DNA of 64,000 nucleotides. It comes from Candidatus Saccharimonadales bacterium. Lineage in GTDB: Bacteria > Patescibacteriota > Saccharimonadia > Saccharimonadales > UBA10212. Below the pieces are notes generated by a model. It had not been told where the DNA came from. It saw only the letters and a list, made by a program, of their open reading frames with translations, and ran no database searches. The number at the start of each line of letters is the position of its first letter. Within the stretch, counting starts at the first letter, position 1. This document shows, piece after piece, positions 61,963 through 64,000 of the stretch. The stretch covers positions 73,436 to 137,435 of the forward strand of contig DASTHW010000013.1 of the NCBI GenBank assembly GCA_035717985.1. Reading direction: 5' to 3'. A program made the position numbers and the translations under genes.

Positions 61963-62193
61963 ATGGCGATCAAAAATGCTGTAGGACGACCACCTAAAAT
62001 GTCGATGAAAATAATCGACAAATTATCTGATTCAATCTCTCACAATTACAATGTCAGTGATTCATGCAAATACGCAAAGATTGCGAGGAGCACATTTTAC
62101 CAGTACCTAAAAACCGAGCCAATCTTCGCTAATAAAATTGCTATCGCACGAGAAAACCAGAACAAAGTAAGTTTTAATTTTCGTACACTTTAG
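61963..62193 (+). CDS. Small helix-turn-helix DNA-binding protein
   Basis: 76 aa with an AAAGGAG SD. The segments GRPPKMSMKIIDKLSDSI and SDSCKYAKIARSTFYQYLK give a resolvase/terminase-small-type HTH pattern. Confidence 0.55.
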   Translation: MAIKNAVGRPPKMSMKIIDKLSDSISHNYNVSDSCKYAKIARSTFYQYLKTEPIFANKIAIARENQNKVSFNFRTL

Positions 62194-62428
62194 TTGCTTA
62201 ACTAGCGCCCCCGTACACGATTTTGACAAATATTATGTACGAAAATGGCGTTGAGGGGTTATTGGCGGAAAAAAAATTTGCGTGGTATTGAAATGCTCTA
62301 ATAAAGCGATTTGGATGAACGGTTTTTAAATGCTTCTGTCGGCTATTTGGAGCGTGTTGGACGCGTTCCAGCTTGGGAGTTGATAAAAGTATCATCCCTT
62401 ATCTACTCCTGTTAAATTTGGTTTTTAT

Positions 62429-63136
62429 CTACTTTGAATTGAGAGCTTTAATTAAACCCTCATCATCATATTTGAACGCATTTGTATTATTACCGACTTC
62501 AACGACTTTTAATCCACCGTCTTCTAGTGGGTGAATGAATGGTTCTATTTCATCACGTTTTGTTTTTGTTGGGTCGATCCATGCTTGTTCGTCTTCTTTA
62601 TGCAAAATAACTGGCATTCTGTTATGAACCTTTGACGCTTCTTTATTTGGTTCAGTTGTAATTATCGTATAGGTTTTCCAATCTCTATCTCCGGCATCTT
62701 TCCAAACATCATAAAAACCTGCGAAAGAGAATAGTTCTTGTTGCTTTAGAGTGTAATAATACTTTTGCTTTTCTTCGCCCTTTGGAGGTTTTGTCCACTC
62801 ATAATACCCAGATGCTGGGACTAATGCACGTTTGCGATATACGCTTCGCCACATTCCACTGGTAAATACTTTATCGTCTCTTGCGTTGAATAATTTGTAG
62901 CTGATTTTGGGGTCTTCTTTCCACCATGATGGAATTAAGCCCCATTTCATTTCTTCAAGAACAGTTTGACCTTTATCATTTACGAAAATCACAGGCGCCA
63001 TCTGTGATGGTCGAATGTTATAACTTTTAAAGCCTTCGCCCGTTTTATCTAGAAAACCATAGTTACTTTTAAACCCGTCAGCCGTAGCGTACACAGAGTA
63101 TGCACCACAAGCATCGTCATATCGAAAGTAATTCAT
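62429..63136 (-). CDS. SRAP (SOS-response-associated peptidase, YedK/HMCES) family protein with a 9-residue N-terminal extension before the catalytic Cys
   Basis: 235 aa. Family motifs are present: LFNARDDKV (Asn), LVPASGYYEW (Glu) and VHNRMPVIL (His). The protein begins MNYFRYDDACGAYS instead of the canonical MCGR. Confidence 0.8.
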   Translation of the reverse strand: MNYFRYDDACGAYSVYATADGFKSNYGFLDKTGEGFKSYNIRPSQMAPVIFVNDKGQTVLEEMKWGLIPSWWKEDPKISYKLFNARDDKVFTSGMWRSVYRKRALVPASGYYEWTKPPKGEEKQKYYYTLKQQELFSFAGFYDVWKDAGDRDWKTYTIITTEPNKEASKVHNRMPVILHKEDEQAWIDPTKTKRDEIEPFIHPLEDGGLKVVEVGNNTNAFKYDDEGLIKALNSK

Positions 63137-63303
63137 CGCAACATTTCCTTGAGTTTTTCGAAGTATTCCAGCACTTTATCTTGATCCCAACTGCTATATG
63201 TATCAAGGCGTGACATCTTTTGTAATTGCTTTTCTACGGGGTTTTCTTCAAACACATCGTGAAATAGTATCTCAAGTTTTTTACGCGCCTCGTCTTTATC
63301 CAT
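63133..63303 (-). CDS. 56-aa acidic helical micro-protein coupled to the SRAP gene
   Basis: My translation is MDKDEARKKLEILFHDVFEENPVEKQLQKMSRLDTYSSWDQDKVLEYFEKLKEMLR. Its TGA overlaps the SRAP ATG (ATGA). Confidence 0.4.
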   Translation of the reverse strand: MDKDEARKKLEILFHDVFEENPVEKQLQKMSRLDTYSSWDQDKVLEYFEKLKEMLR

Positions 63304-63325
63304 TGCTTAATTATATAATCCTCTG

Positions 63326-64000
63326 TTAGTCGACTTTTGAAAGGAAAAGCACAGAAGGTGTAATTACCCATGACTCTGAGCCATATAGGTTCATATAGGG
63401 ATTCTGAATAATTAATGGCTCGTAGTCTGATTTGGCGATTTTGGTTCTATCAACAAGGTAGAGATAGTAATTTTTATGTTTCGCCTTAGCAGTTTTGATT
63501 TCATTCTCCGACCAATAAAAACTAGGCTTACCTGAGAATGATTTAACTTCAATTAAACGCTGTGGGGAATGAGATTGGTTATCGTGAAATGAAATAATGT
63601 CATAGCCAGCAGTGACATCAACATCTGAAATCCTCTTTATCATTTTTTTATTAGGGTTCCCATACAGTCTTTTAGATTCAAATTTAACTACAAAATCTTC
63701 TGCCTCGGCGCCATAGAGTTCCTGGCGTAGTAAAGATTCTTTTAGCTGTTCGATTGATACAGTCCGCAAAGAATTTTCTTTTGATAACAGCCCAGTAAAA
63801 AATAAATCATACGGTGCATTTATCTGATAACTGAATGTAGATTGTTGCCTTGTAAGCAAACCTAAGTCAGTTAGCATACGTCTAATTGGTCTGTAGCGAA
63901 GCGGAAAACTTTGAGGCCCGACAATTAGCAAATCTGTTCCAGAATCACGTGTGATTGCCTGAGGATTAAATAGCTTGAAGAGTTCATTACTTTCTTCCAA
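63326..64000 (-). CDS. C-terminal part of a DUF3883-like (PD-(D/E)xK nuclease-fold) protein, N-terminus beyond the window
   Basis: The C-terminus is TAGYDIISFHDNQSHSPQRLIEVKSFSGKPSFYWSENEIKTAKAKHKNYYLYLVDR. This fits the DUF3883 pattern G-[YF]-D-I...IEVK...F-x-S-x-N-E...Y-x-L-Y-x-V. Confidence 0.65.
   Translation of the reverse strand: MEESNELFKLFNPQAITRDSGTDLLIVGPQSFPLRYRPIRRMLTDLGLLTRQQSTFSYQINAPYDLFFTGLLSKENSLRTVSIEQLKESLLRQELYGAEAEDFVVKFESKRLYGNPNKKMIKRISDVDVTAGYDIISFHDNQSHSPQRLIEVKSFSGKPSFYWSENEIKTAKAKHKNYYLYLVDRTKIAKSDYEPLIIQNPYMNLYGSESWVITPSVLFLSKVD

Larger units (their letters stand above)
58468..64000. mobile_element. AT-rich integrated element (prophage remnant or genomic island) at the 3' side of tRNA-Asn, right end beyond the window
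   Basis: Composition drops abruptly after the tRNA. A 60-nt row I counted inside the integrase gene is 38% GC, against about 50% for core rows. The recombinase is adjacent to the tRNA. The cargo is small overlapping ORFs, an HTH gene, SRAP and a DUF3883-like gene. The exact left junction is unresolved, somewhere in about 58430-58540. Confidence 0.75.

Noticed and set aside
62198-62395. 65-aa minus-strand ORF in the island spacer
   Set aside because: It has no SD, an odd composition and no coupling to its neighbours. I treat 62194-62428 as non-coding spacer of unknown function.
1-64000. CRISPR arrays, rRNA genes, IS elements/transposases, retron or DGR reverse transcriptases
   Set aside because: I saw no regularly spaced direct repeats of 25-40 nt, no rRNA-like conserved stretches, no transposase-like ORFs with terminal inverted repeats and no RT motifs (YxDD) in any long ORF.

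Overview
This is a chromosomal window of about 50% GC, judged from hand counts of single 60-nt rows. It spans the replication origin of a small-genome, probably monoderm bacterium. The gene content looks like Patescibacteria/CPR (Saccharibacteria-like): a Gram-positive-type T4SS with several TrbC-like pilins, a compact metK, VKOR, and lmo0937-type micro-proteins. That taxonomic placement is inference only. Layout: (i) 1-15.5 kb is a T4SS-like locus. It holds five tandem VirB2/TrbC-like pilin paralogs, a giant VirB6-like protein, a GC-rich foreign-looking small membrane gene, a PrgI/VirB3-like protein, an apparently split VirB4 ATPase, a 1100-aa membrane protein, and a bifunctional cell-wall hydrolase. 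(ii) 15.5-21.9 kb is the origin core, recF-dnaN-dnaA diverging from rpmH-rnpA-yidC-jag, with DnaA-box clusters in both spacers. (iii) 21.9-26.4 kb holds a large SGNH hydrolase and metK behind a SAM-I riboswitch. (iv) 26.4-49.9 kb is a large ABC-transporter-dependent glycan locus. It contains gmd, an rmd-like reductase, wzm, wzt with a C-terminal extension, two coiled-coil FkbM methyltransferases, six GT4-type glycosyltransferases, the GDP-mannose supply genes, galE, an RmlC-like gene, a priming phosphotransferase, an O-antigen-ligase-like protein and GtrA. (v) 49.9-58.1 kb holds a LexA-N-domain-only regulator, marR with two DHA2 MFS pumps, a run of very small ORFs mostly below the ORF-track cutoff, VKOR and tsaC. 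(vi) 58.2-64.0 kb holds a consensus promoter, a structured leader and tRNA-Asn(GTT), followed by an AT-rich integrated element that runs off the window. The element carries a large serine recombinase whose ORF reads antisense into the tRNA, an SRAP-family protein with an atypical N-terminus, and a DUF3883-like nuclease-domain protein. No CRISPR array, rRNA or transposase was seen.
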